Below, in pieces: positions 51,547 through 64,000 of a stretch of 64,000 nucleotides of DNA; position 1 is the stretch's first letter; each line of letters opens with the position of its first letter. Origin of the DNA: Octopus vulgaris (lineage: Eukaryota); contig OX597823.1 in the NCBI GenBank assembly GCA_951406725.2, forward strand, positions 77,128,001 through 77,192,000. The letters run 5' to 3'. A program made the translations under genes and the position numbers. The notes beneath the pieces were generated by a model that searched no databases, was not told the DNA's origin, and saw only the letters and a program-made list of their open reading frames with translations.

Positions 51547-53081
51547 TATATATATATACACATATAAACATACACACATATACATATGTGTGTGTATGTA
51601 TGTGTGCATGTACAGTCACTCTCACACATGTGTTCTTCACAATCAAGCACAAAATCTGCAAGTGCCTTCACTGTGACTATTAAAGAAGACATAGTAATAA
51701 TAGCACACTCTCTTACTGACCACACTTTTGTAATGATAAACCATTGTGACATATTATATTATCATATAACATAAAACCAAGACTAGATCAAGAAAAAGAA
51801 AAAAGAAACATTGATTGATTGAACAAATGTCTTATGTGGAATACAACGTAAAAGGAAAGTAAAAATATCGATAACAGAACCTCTAGTAATAAGGAATTCT
51901 AATGGAAGAACCAAACATACAGTTAGCTTACCCTAGCAACATACTAGCAGGAGATGCTTGATGCTATGGTGAAAATACTTCCTGATTGCTGAAAGGAATT
52001 CTGCATCAACAGCCATAAATTTAAAGTTCAGTGATAATGAATGAGAAACACACATAATATTATTGTGATTGTTGCTTACAAAGAAAACAGGAATGGTAAT
52101 GACCACTAAGAACTATATCGTCAGGTGGTGAAAGAGATGAGAAGTCTGAGGAAGGTTTTCATAGATCTATGGTCTTAATAAAATTTATTGTTTCAAATAT
52201 AATATGAAAGAATAACCAGGAGGTATCGGAACGGTTTAACAATAGAAATAAAAGTGGAGCATAGTTGTTTACACACATCATCATCATCTTTGTTTAACAT
52301 CTATCTTCCATGCTGGCATGGGTTGGATGGTTTGACTGAGGGCTGACAAGCCAGAAGGCTGTACCAATTTCTTTACTACCCACAAGGAGCTAAACACAGA
52401 GAGGACAAACAAGGACAGACAAACAGATTAAGTCGTAACTGGTACTTATTTAATTGACCCCGAAAGGATGAAAGGCAAAGTCGACCTCGGCAGAATTTGA
52501 ACTCAGAACGTAGCATCAGACGAAATACCGCTAAGCATTTCGCCCTGTGTGATAATGTCTCTGCCAGCTCCAATCTGATCTGGCAAGGTTTCTACAGCTC
52601 GATGCCCTTCCTAATGCCAACCACTATGAGAGTTTAGTGGATGCTTTTTACATGTCACCGGTATGGAAGCCAGTCAAATGGCTTCCATGCCAGTGGCACA
52701 TAAAAAGCACCATTCGAGTGTGGTCATTACCAGTGCAGCCTGACAGGCCCTTGTGCCAGTGGCATGTAAAAAGCACCCACTACATTCTCAGTGTGGTTGG
52801 TGAATATTTACACACAAATACATAGACACAGATCGATACATATGTGTATATTTATATGTGTATATTCTTTTAATCTTGTTTCAGTCATTTGACTGCAGCC
52901 ATGCTGGAGCACAGCCTTAGAGCATTTTAGTTGAAGAAATTGACCCCAAGACTTAATTTTTGTAAGCCTAATACTTATTTTATCTGGCTCTTTTGCTGAA
53001 CTGCTAAGTTATGGGGGACATAAACACACTAGTATAGGTTGTCAAGCAATGGCAGGAGGACAAACACACATCCACAAACAC

Positions 53082-53124
<43 letters not shown>

Positions 53125-53589
53125 CCTCTCAGAGGACCACTCATATCACCCTTTCAAAAGTGGAACAGATTGTATTGTAATCCTTGACTGGCACCACACA
53201 TGGTTCAGATAGTTCTCTTTGAAATTCTCAGAATAAAAGAGAGAAAAGCTATTTCTTGACGCTCTTCAGAATACTTGCAGGACTTTACAGTTAGTACTAA
53301 GAAAGAATAAAATACTTTCCAAACTAATTTATCATCTGCCCAAAATACATTAGGAAAAAGAAATGCCATATGATATAATTCAACTATGAACATTGATGTA
53401 AGAGGTAGCGTTGCCAATATTTCCACCTTGGAAACAATGGCCATAATGTTATAACTATTATAACCAGGATGGGGGACACGGGTCTCAATGTATCATCATC
53501 GTCATCATTACCATCATCAGCATCATCATCATCATATTCTTCTTCATCATCATCGTCATCATTACCACCACTACCACCACCACCACTAC

Positions 53590-53640
<51 letters not shown>

Positions 53641-53680
53641 CATCCTCACCATCATCATCATCATCTTCTTCTTCATCACC

Positions 53681-53745
<65 letters not shown>

Positions 53746-54666
53746 CATCATCATCCTCACCATCATCATCATCATCATCTTCTTCATCACCATCGCCACC
53801 ACCACCACCACCATCATCATCGTCATCATTTTTCTTTATCATCATCATCATCATCATCCCCACCACCACCACCACTATCACCACCCTCTATACAGTAGTA
53901 AGAAGAGTGATGAAGAGATGAGTGATTGGGGAGATGAGAGGTGGAGAAGGTGCAACAGGGGAAAATTGAGCTAGGGGTTTATTTGTGTGTACACACATTA
54001 TGTTCTTCAAACTCATAATTGTCTGTTATTCTCATAGACCTTCACATTACAAATCAACAAAATCTTTCGCTGTCTTCTCTGTGAGCTTCAACACCCTGAG
54101 ATCAGCCTTGACTACTTCGTTCACATTTTTCTCAGTCTCTCATCTTCCAGAGATTCCATCCACTGTAAATAGCTGACACTTCCGTTTCTCAACTAAAAAT
54201 TCAAATGAAAATATATCTCTTTTATTCATTAAATAAAGGCTTTACAAAGAAAGGAAGCTGTGGGCTGGACAAGGACATAATGAGATGAAATGATTGACGA
54301 TATGATAATAATCACAGTAATGCCATGGAGGCGCAATGGCCCAGTGGTTAGGGCAGCGGACTCATGGTCATGAGAACGCGGTTTCGATTCCCAGACCGGG
54401 CATTGTGAGTGTTTATTGAGCAAAAACACCTAAGCTCCATGAGGCTCCGGTGGGGGGGGGGGGGGTGAACCCCACTGTATTCTTTCACCACCACTTTCTC
54501 TCACTCTTTCTTCATACTTCTGCCACAAAGCAGAGGAACCATGGTGTAACCCACTATGGTGTGGTAAACTTTCAGACCTTGGGCAAATGTCTTCTACTAT
54601 GGCCTCAGGCTGACCAAAGCCTTGTGAATGGATTTTGTAGACGGAAACTGAAAGAAGACCATCGTA

Positions 54667-54739
<73 letters not shown>

Positions 54740-54777
54740 GTGTGTGTGTATATGTATGTGTCTGTGTTTGTCCCCCC

Positions 54778-54813
<36 letters not shown>

Positions 54814-55184
54814 GTAGTGGTGGTGGTGGTGGTGGTGGTGGTAGTGGTGGTAATGATGACGATGATGATGAAGAAGAATATGATGATGGTGTGCTTACAT
54901 CCCCATAACTTAGCAGTTCGGTAAAAGAGACCGATAGAATAAGTACTAGGCTAACAAAGAATAAGTCCTAGGGTCGATTTGCTCGACTAAAGGCGGTGCT
55001 CCAGTATGGCCATATTCAAATGACTGAAACAAGTAAAAGAGTAAAAGAGTTATATTACTTCAACAACTATTTCACTTATACTGAATCAAATACCATTTAA
55101 ATATAAACACTGAAGCCTACTCACTCAATTACTTTTAAAAATATTGTTGTACTAATGTGAAAACATATAAAGGCATCATGTAAG

Positions 55185-55990
55185 TTTTAATCTTTTGAGG
55201 GAAATGTTAAAGAAGGAGATGGAGAAGTCAGTAATCTCCGTTTTGTCGATGATATTGATTTAACAGGATAAAATGAAGAAGATCTCAAAATCTAACAACC
55301 TGTTTTGATACAAGTGCAAGAAGATATGGAATGGAAATAAGTGCTTAGAAAAGCGAAATAATGATAAATGGTAAAAATGAAAAACGGAAATTCTTGATTC
55401 AATTGAAATAGCATGGAAAACGCTCAAACAAGTTGATGAATTTAAATATTTGGGAAGGACAATAATGGAAGATGGGAGATCAAAGAAAGAAGTAAGATGG
55501 TGGATTATAGCAGCTACAGAAGCTTTAACAAAATTAGACCCTGTTTGGAAAACTAAAAACAATAATAATAATAACAATTTTCTGGGGGTTTTTTTTTTTA
55601 AGAGCAATAGTAATTTCAGCAGCCCTTTATGAGTGTGAATCACAGACGTTAGATGCTGAAAGATCATGTCCTTTGAAATAAAACATTACCGGAAGATGCT
55701 TCACATCGCATATACAGAACATCAAACAGACGAAAGTATTAAGAAGGAAATTGTAGTGAAGATTGCAAACCATGTAACTCTAGTGTCGATTATTAAAAGG
55801 GTGAGAAATGAAGTGTTTCGGTCGTGTAATATGATGTCATGACACTCTAACTTTAGCAAGGATAGTCATGGATGGACAAACATCAGTAACAGAAATACAG
55901 AAAGAACAGCTCAGTGGGAGTCGTTAAATAACATCAAGGAAATGTCATAGAAAAAGACGGTTTAAAGCATGAGACTGGCTGATGGCTTGA
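55185..55990 (+). mobile_element. Old RTE-type LINE remnant (RT C-terminal half)
   Basis: SNLRFVDDIDL (RT YADD-type motif) and LKQVDEFKYLGRTIMEDGRSKKEV, with many stops. Confidence 0.7.
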
Positions 55991-58900
55991 AAAGAAAGGA
56001 AAGAAAATGCATCTTGCTTCCCTCTCAAGGCCCATGTGAGCTATGAATTTTTTATGAGGAGAATATTACAAACTATGGCTTTTAACTGTTGGAATGTTTT
56101 GGGAATAGAAAGCCTATTTTGGAAACCATCAGTTTAGCATCGTATCATTAGTCAAGCTCAGGGTCAGTCAAGGTCATAATGAGAGCCTCTATATGGTCAT
56201 TTGATTTGTTAGGAACAGCAACCAAATCAGTGTCAAAACCAATATAAAAATGAAAAGTGAACTTCAGATAATATAGTTTAAAATAAAATATTTATAAAAT
56301 AAATGTTCCTTCTCAAACCATGCCAGATTCATATGGGCCGGTTTCCCAGTTTCAGTGGTGTAGAAATTCCCCACCTGGACGGGACGCCAGTCCGTCACAG
56401 GATTACTCATTTTTGTCAGCTGGGTGGACTGGAGCAACGTGAAATGAAGTATTTTGCTCAAGAATACAACTCATTGACTGGTCCAGAAATCGAAACCACA
56501 ACCTTACGATCATGAGTTCAACACCCTAACCACTAAGCCACGTGCCTCCACATAGTTTAAGATATGTTATGTCTAGATATCACATCATAGTACCTCACTT
56601 CAGCAAAAAATAAACAGACTATCAACTATTTCGAAAGGATTGCTGTACAGGGGGCATCAATCCTTGTGCCCCAAAAACCTGAAATGGCAGATAAGGCAGG
56701 ACCTAATATGGTCAACGGCTCAGAAGGCATGACAGAAAGATCTGTGGTAAATCTAGGGTACTCTCTTGATGGAGTACAGATTGGTGTCTAGCCTCCATGG
56801 AAGGGATTTTAAATAATTGCATCTGTAATGAACCCTGAATCTTAAACTACCTGAATGGAGATCCTTGACATTCAGCTTGCTGGGTGCAGATGATACCTAT
56901 GAATATAATAATAAGGAAGGTAAATAAGGAACAATATCAAACTTTATAATTATTCAATGGCTATCAACTGAAACCCTGCTGGGTTGCCATGAAAGATTAT
57001 TATTAATGGTTAGTAAAAATATTTAAGAATTTAAAGCTTGATTTTAATATTAGACTGAGTGAGACTTTGTTCTTCAGTGTTAAAGACAGGAATAGAGGAT
57101 GGCAAAGGAACTAAAGAAATGTCTTGCTAACCACCTTACACCACAGAGTCTTTTTGAACAAATAATGGAGTTTCTACATTGTCCTCCTACTAGAAATAGC
57201 AGACAAATCTCCTTCTAATCAAACCCATAACTGAAAGGAACTAAAGGTCTGTTAGGATTATAGAAGAATGTCAGCTACTAGAGGTTGTTGGTATGCTAGG
57301 GATGTGGGAGTGGACAAAGATAGCTTATTGCATTTGTCTTTTTTTTTTACGTACTACTTGTGCAGATGGCATGTAAAAGAAATACCATTTGAGTGTGGCC
57401 GTTGCCAGTACTGCCTGACTGGCCCTCGTGCCTGTGGCACATAAAAGCGCCCACTACACTCTTGGAGTGGTTGGCATTAAGAAGGGCATCCAGATGTAGA
57501 AACTCTGCCAGATCGAGATTGGAGCCTGGTGCAGCCATTTGGTTTGCCAGTCCTCAGTCAAATCGTCCAACCCATGCTGGTTTGGAAAGCAGACGTTAAA
57601 CGATGATGTTGATGATGAGGAGGAGGATGACGACGACGACGATGATGATGAGGATGAATTCAACAGAAATATGTTATCTTCATTTCAATTAATTTTGAAA
57701 GCAATAAACTGTTTAATAAAATATACTCATAGTAAAATAAATGAACAGTTTGTACAAAGGAGAAAGTAGTTACTTCGTGATACTAAGCAGGATTTGACAT
57801 TTTAATTAACAAGGAAGAAGATACATAAATTTTTTTTCTCTTCTTTCTTATTACAAAGATTTTGAAATTTCTAGTTTGTGGCAGATTTATATAGCACTAT
57901 TTCATTCACTTTTGAAGTCATCAGCATGACATTGTCAATATTAATTGGAAGTTTGCAACACAACATAAATTAACACGAAGTTTTGAAGAAAGTTTTTTTT
58001 ATCAAAAGAGTTAATTAGTCATGGTTTAACCTCACAAGAATCCGATGTAACACAAGATGTTGAGAAAGAAACATTTTTTTGTTTTCAACTTTCTTGGAAA
58101 TGAATAACAGAAAAAATTATATTGAGCTGGCTACTACATGTATATCATTCTTTGAGGGCTACTATGAATAACCTCTATCAGGCTCCATGGTTCTTGGTAG
58201 TTCCGGTCACACAAATTTATCAAATACATTCAGACCATAACTATCCTCTTTTTTCATATGTACAAGGGACACAGCCACCCTCATTAGCCAATGTGTTCTT
58301 TTTTAGATGATAGGGATTGATTTGAAGGATATTTGTCTCCTATTTCTAGCAGGTGAAAGTTTTGTCTTACTAAACCTGCTACCATGATTTAAATTGTATT
58401 TAAAACTGAACATTTAAAATTCAATTCTTCTTCTCATTATAAAAGGAAAAGAATTTAATTCAATAGCTTTTGTTGTGTTCATTCTGCTGCAGGGATATAA
58501 ATTATGAATTTATATTTAGCACTAATTAACACATGCCACATGTAATGGTTTTTTTCTCTGACATGTTTCATTTTTCACCAAATCCATTGCATTTTTTACA
58601 CATCTGCTTCGTCTTGCCAACCACTTTACACCACAGAGTCTTTTTGAACAAATAATGGAGTTTCTACATTGTCCTCCTACTAGAAATAGCAGACAAATCT
58701 CCTTCAAATCAAACCCATAGCCTAAAAAATGAACACGTTGGCTAATGGAAGCCTGGGTTCCTTGCACATATGAAAAAATGGGATGGTCATGGTCTGAGTG
58801 TCTTTGATAAATTTGCTTGATCAGTACTGCCAAGAACAATTGGAAACTGACAGTGGTCATTCATAGCAGCCAAAGTGCCCTCAAAGAATAAGATGTACAT

Positions 58901-59899
58901 AGTTGCCTCAATACCACTTTTTGGTTATACATTTCCAAGAAAGATGGAAATAAAAAAAATTGTTGAAATAACATTCATTCATTTAAGAGAAAGATCAAAC
59001 TATAAAAATAGTGAAACAACATTTGATACTAACCTACCAGAAACTGCCTTTGGTTCTATGATACAAACTTCTTGTTTTAAATTGATCTAAATAAAAACCT
59101 TCCAGCAAAAAATTTCACATGAATTTATGTTCCAAACACAAGGACAAAATAATTTTAATAAATTTTTCATTATTTTAAAAATTAATTGAAAGAAATATTG
59201 TGAAGAAAAATGGTGTCATGAACTATAAAAAAAAAACAAAAATATAGAAATAATAATAGAAATATAATAATGGCTTCAAATTTTGGCACAAGGCCAGCAA
59301 GTTCAGGGGAGGGGTTAAGCCGATTACATTGACCCCAGTGCTCAACTGGTACTTATTTATTGACCTTAAAAAGCAAAGTTGATCTTAACAGAATTTGAAT
59401 TCAGAATTTTAAAATGGACGAAATATCATTAAGCATTTTCCGCAACATGCTGATGATTCTACCAGCTCACTGCCTTAAATAGAAGCATATTAATTATTAC
59501 TTTATTGTATACAGCACACAGGTATGCTATAATTTGTCAAAAAAGGGTGAAAGACAGGACAGGAAGTGGCAATAAGTCAAGCAAAAAAAGACAGCAATGT
59601 AAGCCAAAAGTACATGCACAGTATACAAAATAAGACACAAGATGACAGGAAATTGAACAGTGAAAAAGAATAAAGGGTGTTTGAGCATACCAGGTGTAGA
59701 GTTGGTGAATTTCAAGAAGCATGACATTTTCTTAAGGAAACAGCACTTTAAGAGTTAACAACTGACTCCGGTAGTTTATTCTATGCTTTGACTATTCAGA
59801 GAGTGAAATATTCATAAATATATATGGATTGACGATCATCAACAGTTTAAAATAAATTTTTATGAAATCACAGGTAGATTTTTCAAACACACATCGTTA

Positions 59900-61230
59900 C
59901 CCTATTACAAGTGAGGTTTTCATTTCTTCATAATATAAGTAGATCAGAAATAAGAAAAAACAAGCTAACTGGGTTAAAATCATTTCTAAGTAGCCATCAA
60001 ACCAGTGTAAATGTTTTGTAAGGAAACTGATACAGGCTTCTGATCTTCGTGAATTATGTGAAAATATCCAGTATTCACTTTCTCTTCCCTTTGCATTTCT
60101 AAAAACAGTTCCTGCTAGAAATTCTCCCACAACTTTTTTACATTTTACTAAGTTTTGCAGTTCCTTTTGTTGAACACAAGAAGTGATATGACACAGTCTT
60201 TGATCTGGATTTATTCAGAAATATTATAAAAGACTTGATTTAAATAATGGTTTTGTTTACATTTGTATTATCATCAAGTGCATAATATTGCTTCGTGTTC
60301 TTCAACCAGATTTATATCTCTAAGTGATTTTGAATGTATTTTTCTGTTTTACATTTTTGATAAGAGTGCAAAAAAAAAAGAAGACAGTTAAAAGAGTTTT
60401 ATAAGTTTCGTGATTTTGAGATACTGAGTACAAAGGTATTTCAAGGTGGTAAAACCTAAAAACGACAATTAATAACATTCTACTAGTTTTTGATTAACTT
60501 TCGTTATACTTTTGTAAAGAGATAATCCATTGATCCATCTGCTAGACACTAAATAATATTATTTTCACAAGAAGCTTTCTGACAACTTTATGAAGTTGAT
60601 ATCATTGTAAATTAACTATTTTATCAAAAAGATTAAATGAATCATCTCAGCTTTACATAAATCCGCATTGAGATAAACAATTCAGTGATAAAAAATAATA
60701 TTTTGAATTTGAGTGAAAATTCTGGAAAATTGCTTGTTATTTTTACATAAATACAGTTACAAAAGTGTCTTACAACATTGCCTAAGAGCGAATTCTTCTG
60801 GCACACATCATTTATTAATTCCTCAGAAAGAATGGAAACTAAGTCTTGGGAGTTCCTTTTCTTTCATTGATTTTCCTTTTGTTTCGTAAATGATTTTGAA
60901 AAGCTTCATGATGAATTTCTAGAATATTAGCTGCTACCCAGATAACTTAATTACCACCATATTTGAATATAAAGCTTTAGATTTTAAATGCTTTGTTATG
61001 AAAATGCTGAATAACATTTGCATGTTTGTAATGAAAAGTTTCCTAAGGCTCACGTTTTATTGAGTTATTTACAATCTTTGTCATTGAAAGATGTCAGGAA
61101 AGGATTTAAGAATCTGTCTACAATTCGAGAGGTTTTACATGTAATTCCACACTTAAGAGTACTGAAAGACAGACCTCTCAGTTCAGTTAAGCTTAAGAAA
61201 CTCCAAGTAGGTTATTACTTAAAGTAGATG
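59900..61230. pseudogene. Highly decayed putative hAT-like transposase remnant
   Basis: Only scattered peptide resemblances (DNPLIHLL..; FKNLSTIREVLHVIPH); no intact frame. Confidence 0.35.
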
Positions 61231-61570
61231 TTACACTGTCTTCTCTCATTACTGGAAAACATAGAGCCCTGTTATGTGCATGTGTTTGTGTATACAAAGA
61301 GGGCAGCCATAGAGTAAATGGTAGAATATTTAGTTGACTCACAATCATGAGGTAGTGAGTTCTATTCCCGGCAGGGCTCTGTGCTGTGTTCTTGAGAAAG
61401 ACACTTTACTTCCCGTTGCTACAGTTCACTCAGCTGTAGAAATGAATTGCAACATCAATGGTACCAAGCTGTATCAGCCTTTGCCTTTCCTTTGGATACC
61501 ATCGGTGGCATAAAGAGGGGAGGCTGATATGTATGGGCAAGCTTTTTCTCCAGTTTTCACTCAGTTAATT

Positions 61571-61951
61571 ATGGAAGCACTCCGTCGGTTACGACGACGA
61601 GGGTTCCGGTTGATCCAATCAACGGAACAGCCTGCTCGTGAAATTAACGTGTAAGTGGCTGAGCACTCCACAGACACGTGTACTCTTAACGCAGTTCTCA
61701 GGGATATTCAGTGTGACACAGAGAGTGACAAGGCCGGCCCTTTGAAATACAGGTACAACAGAAACAGGAAGTAAGAGTGAGAGAAAGTTGTGGTGAAAGA
61801 GTACAGAAGGGATCACCACCATCCCTGCCAGAGCCTCGTGGAGCTTTAGGTGTTTTCGCTCAATAAACACTCACAACACCCGGTCTGGGAATCGAAACCG
61901 CGATCCTATGACTGCGAGTCCGCTGCCCTAACCACTGGGCCATTGCGCCTC
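61571..61951 (-). mobile_element. tRNA-headed SINE family D, young full-length copy with TSD
   Basis: 13-bp TSD CACTCAGTTAATT (61558-61570, 61952-61964); near-identical to 30532-30903. Confidence 0.9.
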
Positions 61952-62784
61952 CACTCAGTTAATTGACAATCCAGCTGATACAATACATGATGCTTGTTTT
62001 GTTATGTGATGGTATATTGCTAATGCAAAATACCATATTCTGATCACCGATTTGTTAAAAAGGATGTATCTAAAGTTCTGACTGTGTTAGATCCTAAAAC
62101 ATGAAGCTTCAGTGACTAAAGGCAGAAGTACCAGTTTCACACCATACAACAAAGAAACAGGTCTCCTAGATCAGATTTATGAAGTTCTTTTGCATTTAGT
62201 TTGTCTTTTTACATATCTACAAACACACAAGACTACCCTCAACTCTTTTAATCTTTTACTTGTTTCAGTCATTTGAATGTGGCCATGCTGGAGCACTGCC
62301 TCTAGTCGAGCAAATCGACCCCAGGACTTACTCTTCATAAGCCTAGTACTTATTCTATCAGTCTCTTTTGCTGAACCTCTAAGTTACGGGGACGTAAACA
62401 CACCACCATCGGTTGTCAAGCAATGGTGGGAGGACAAACACAGATACATAAACATATACACACACACACACACATATATATATGCATATATACGATGGGC
62501 TTCTTTCAGTTTCCGTCCACCAAATCCACTCACAAGGCTTTGGTCAGCCCGAGATTATAGTAGAAAACACTTGCCCAAGGTGTCACGCAGTGGGACTGAA
62601 CCCGAAACCATGTGGTTGGTAAGCAAACCACAGAGCCACTGCTATGCCTATACCACACAGCCGATAATATTTGTTCAGTATGTTGTCTTTAATATATCTT
62701 TGAAAGAAAATATGTAGCAGTAATGTGCTCGACAACGATGACTTCCACTGAATAGAATTGTGAGGGTTGCTACTAATGAAACAC

Positions 62785-63050
62785 CATCATCATCATCATC
62801 ATCATCATTATCATCATCCAGTGTTTTAAATCCTGGTTTTGTCCCCGTTAACGGGGTTGGTTGGATCTACCTCAATGCCATAGCAACTGAGGCAGGTAGG
62901 TGCAGCCCACCCCAGCCCTTGGGCTGGCTGGTGCCCATTCTCCCTTGCTTTCATGAGGCTTTGATAGGATAAAAGGTAGTAGCAGCTGTATTTATGAGAA
63001 ATGACCCCGGTTTCCCTTGTTGATTGCACTTTCCATTAGGTGACCCCTGA
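62785..63050 (-). mobile_element. 3' tail of a second RTE-like LINE/SINE family ending in (GAT)n
   Basis: Minus strand ends with hairpin CCCCGTTAACGGGG, then ACAAAACCAGGATTTAAAACACTG-(GAT)n, the same layout as the main RTE tail. Confidence 0.4.
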
Positions 63051-63860
63051 AAGATAAAATGCAACCTGGAACTTCACATAATTCGAACTTGTGCTGTGAG
63101 TTCTAATCCAGCCAAGACCAACATAACCTTCATACTTCTGGGGTCAGTAAAATCAAGATAGTGTACCTGTCTCATACTAGGGATGATTTATCTAACCCTT
63201 CCCCTGAATTTGTGACCTTGATCCTATGTAATAGAAATCTTTATTTACTAGGAAGCAAATGACAATTACAACGACTATGAAGATACTATTAAATTTGTTT
63301 CCTTTTATTTTTTATAAAAATCTCTTTCTTGTTTCAGTTATTCGATTGCAGCCATACTGGAGCACTGCCTGGAAGAATTCTTAATTAAATGTATTGGTCC
63401 CAATACTTATTTTTAAAAGCTGATACTTATTCTATCAGTCTCTTTTTACCAAATCACTAAGTTACAGGAATGTTAACAGCCCATCACCAATTCTAGTGGT
63501 TGGTAGAGGTGGGGGAGACAAGCACAGACATACACACACAGATACATACACACACACACACACACATACATATTTATATAGTGGAGGCACATGGCCTAGT
63601 GGTTCAAGCAGCAGGCTCACAGTCGATATGTGAGTTTATGAGCAAAACATCTAAGCTCCTTGCGGATCCAGCAGAAAGATAATGGGGAACTTCTCCTGAC
63701 TCTTTCACCACAACTTTCTCTCACTCTTTCCTCCTGCATCAAACAGCTCACCTGTGATGGACCAGCAACCCATCCAGGTGGGGGACCTATAAACCAATGA
63801 AACTGGGAAACCAGCCCTTATAAGCCAGTCATGGCTCAAGAAGGAACAAACAACACACAC

Positions 63861-63905
<45 letters not shown>

Positions 63906-64000
63906 GATGGGCTTCTTTTCAGTTTCCATTTAGCATATCTACTCACAAGATTTTGGCTGACCTGGAGCTATAGTAGAAACACTTACACAAGCCACCATGA

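Overview
AT-rich, repeat-saturated animal DNA, intergenic or intronic. The SINE, RTE and microsatellite landscape suggests an octopus or other coleoid cephalopod (inference). No host protein-coding exon could be supported, and most listed ORFs are microsatellite or SINE read-throughs. Recognisable content: decayed CR1-, RTE- and Tx1/L1-type LINEs, an R4/Dong-like 3' end, a Penelope fragment, mariner, hAT and Helitron remains, several tRNA-headed SINE families and a 5S rRNA pseudogene. The main signal is a high density of type-I hammerhead ribozyme (HHR) motifs in several unrelated short repeats. These include a 357-bp tandem retrozyme-like repeat (13042-15446) and a diverged 360-bp relative (34281-34653) that keeps the same hairpins by compensatory change. 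The only long intact ORF is a gag/ORF1-like CCHC protein in a full-length ORF1-only retroelement, inserted with a 17-bp TSD between the two hammerheads of the tandem. All folds and alignments were done by eye.
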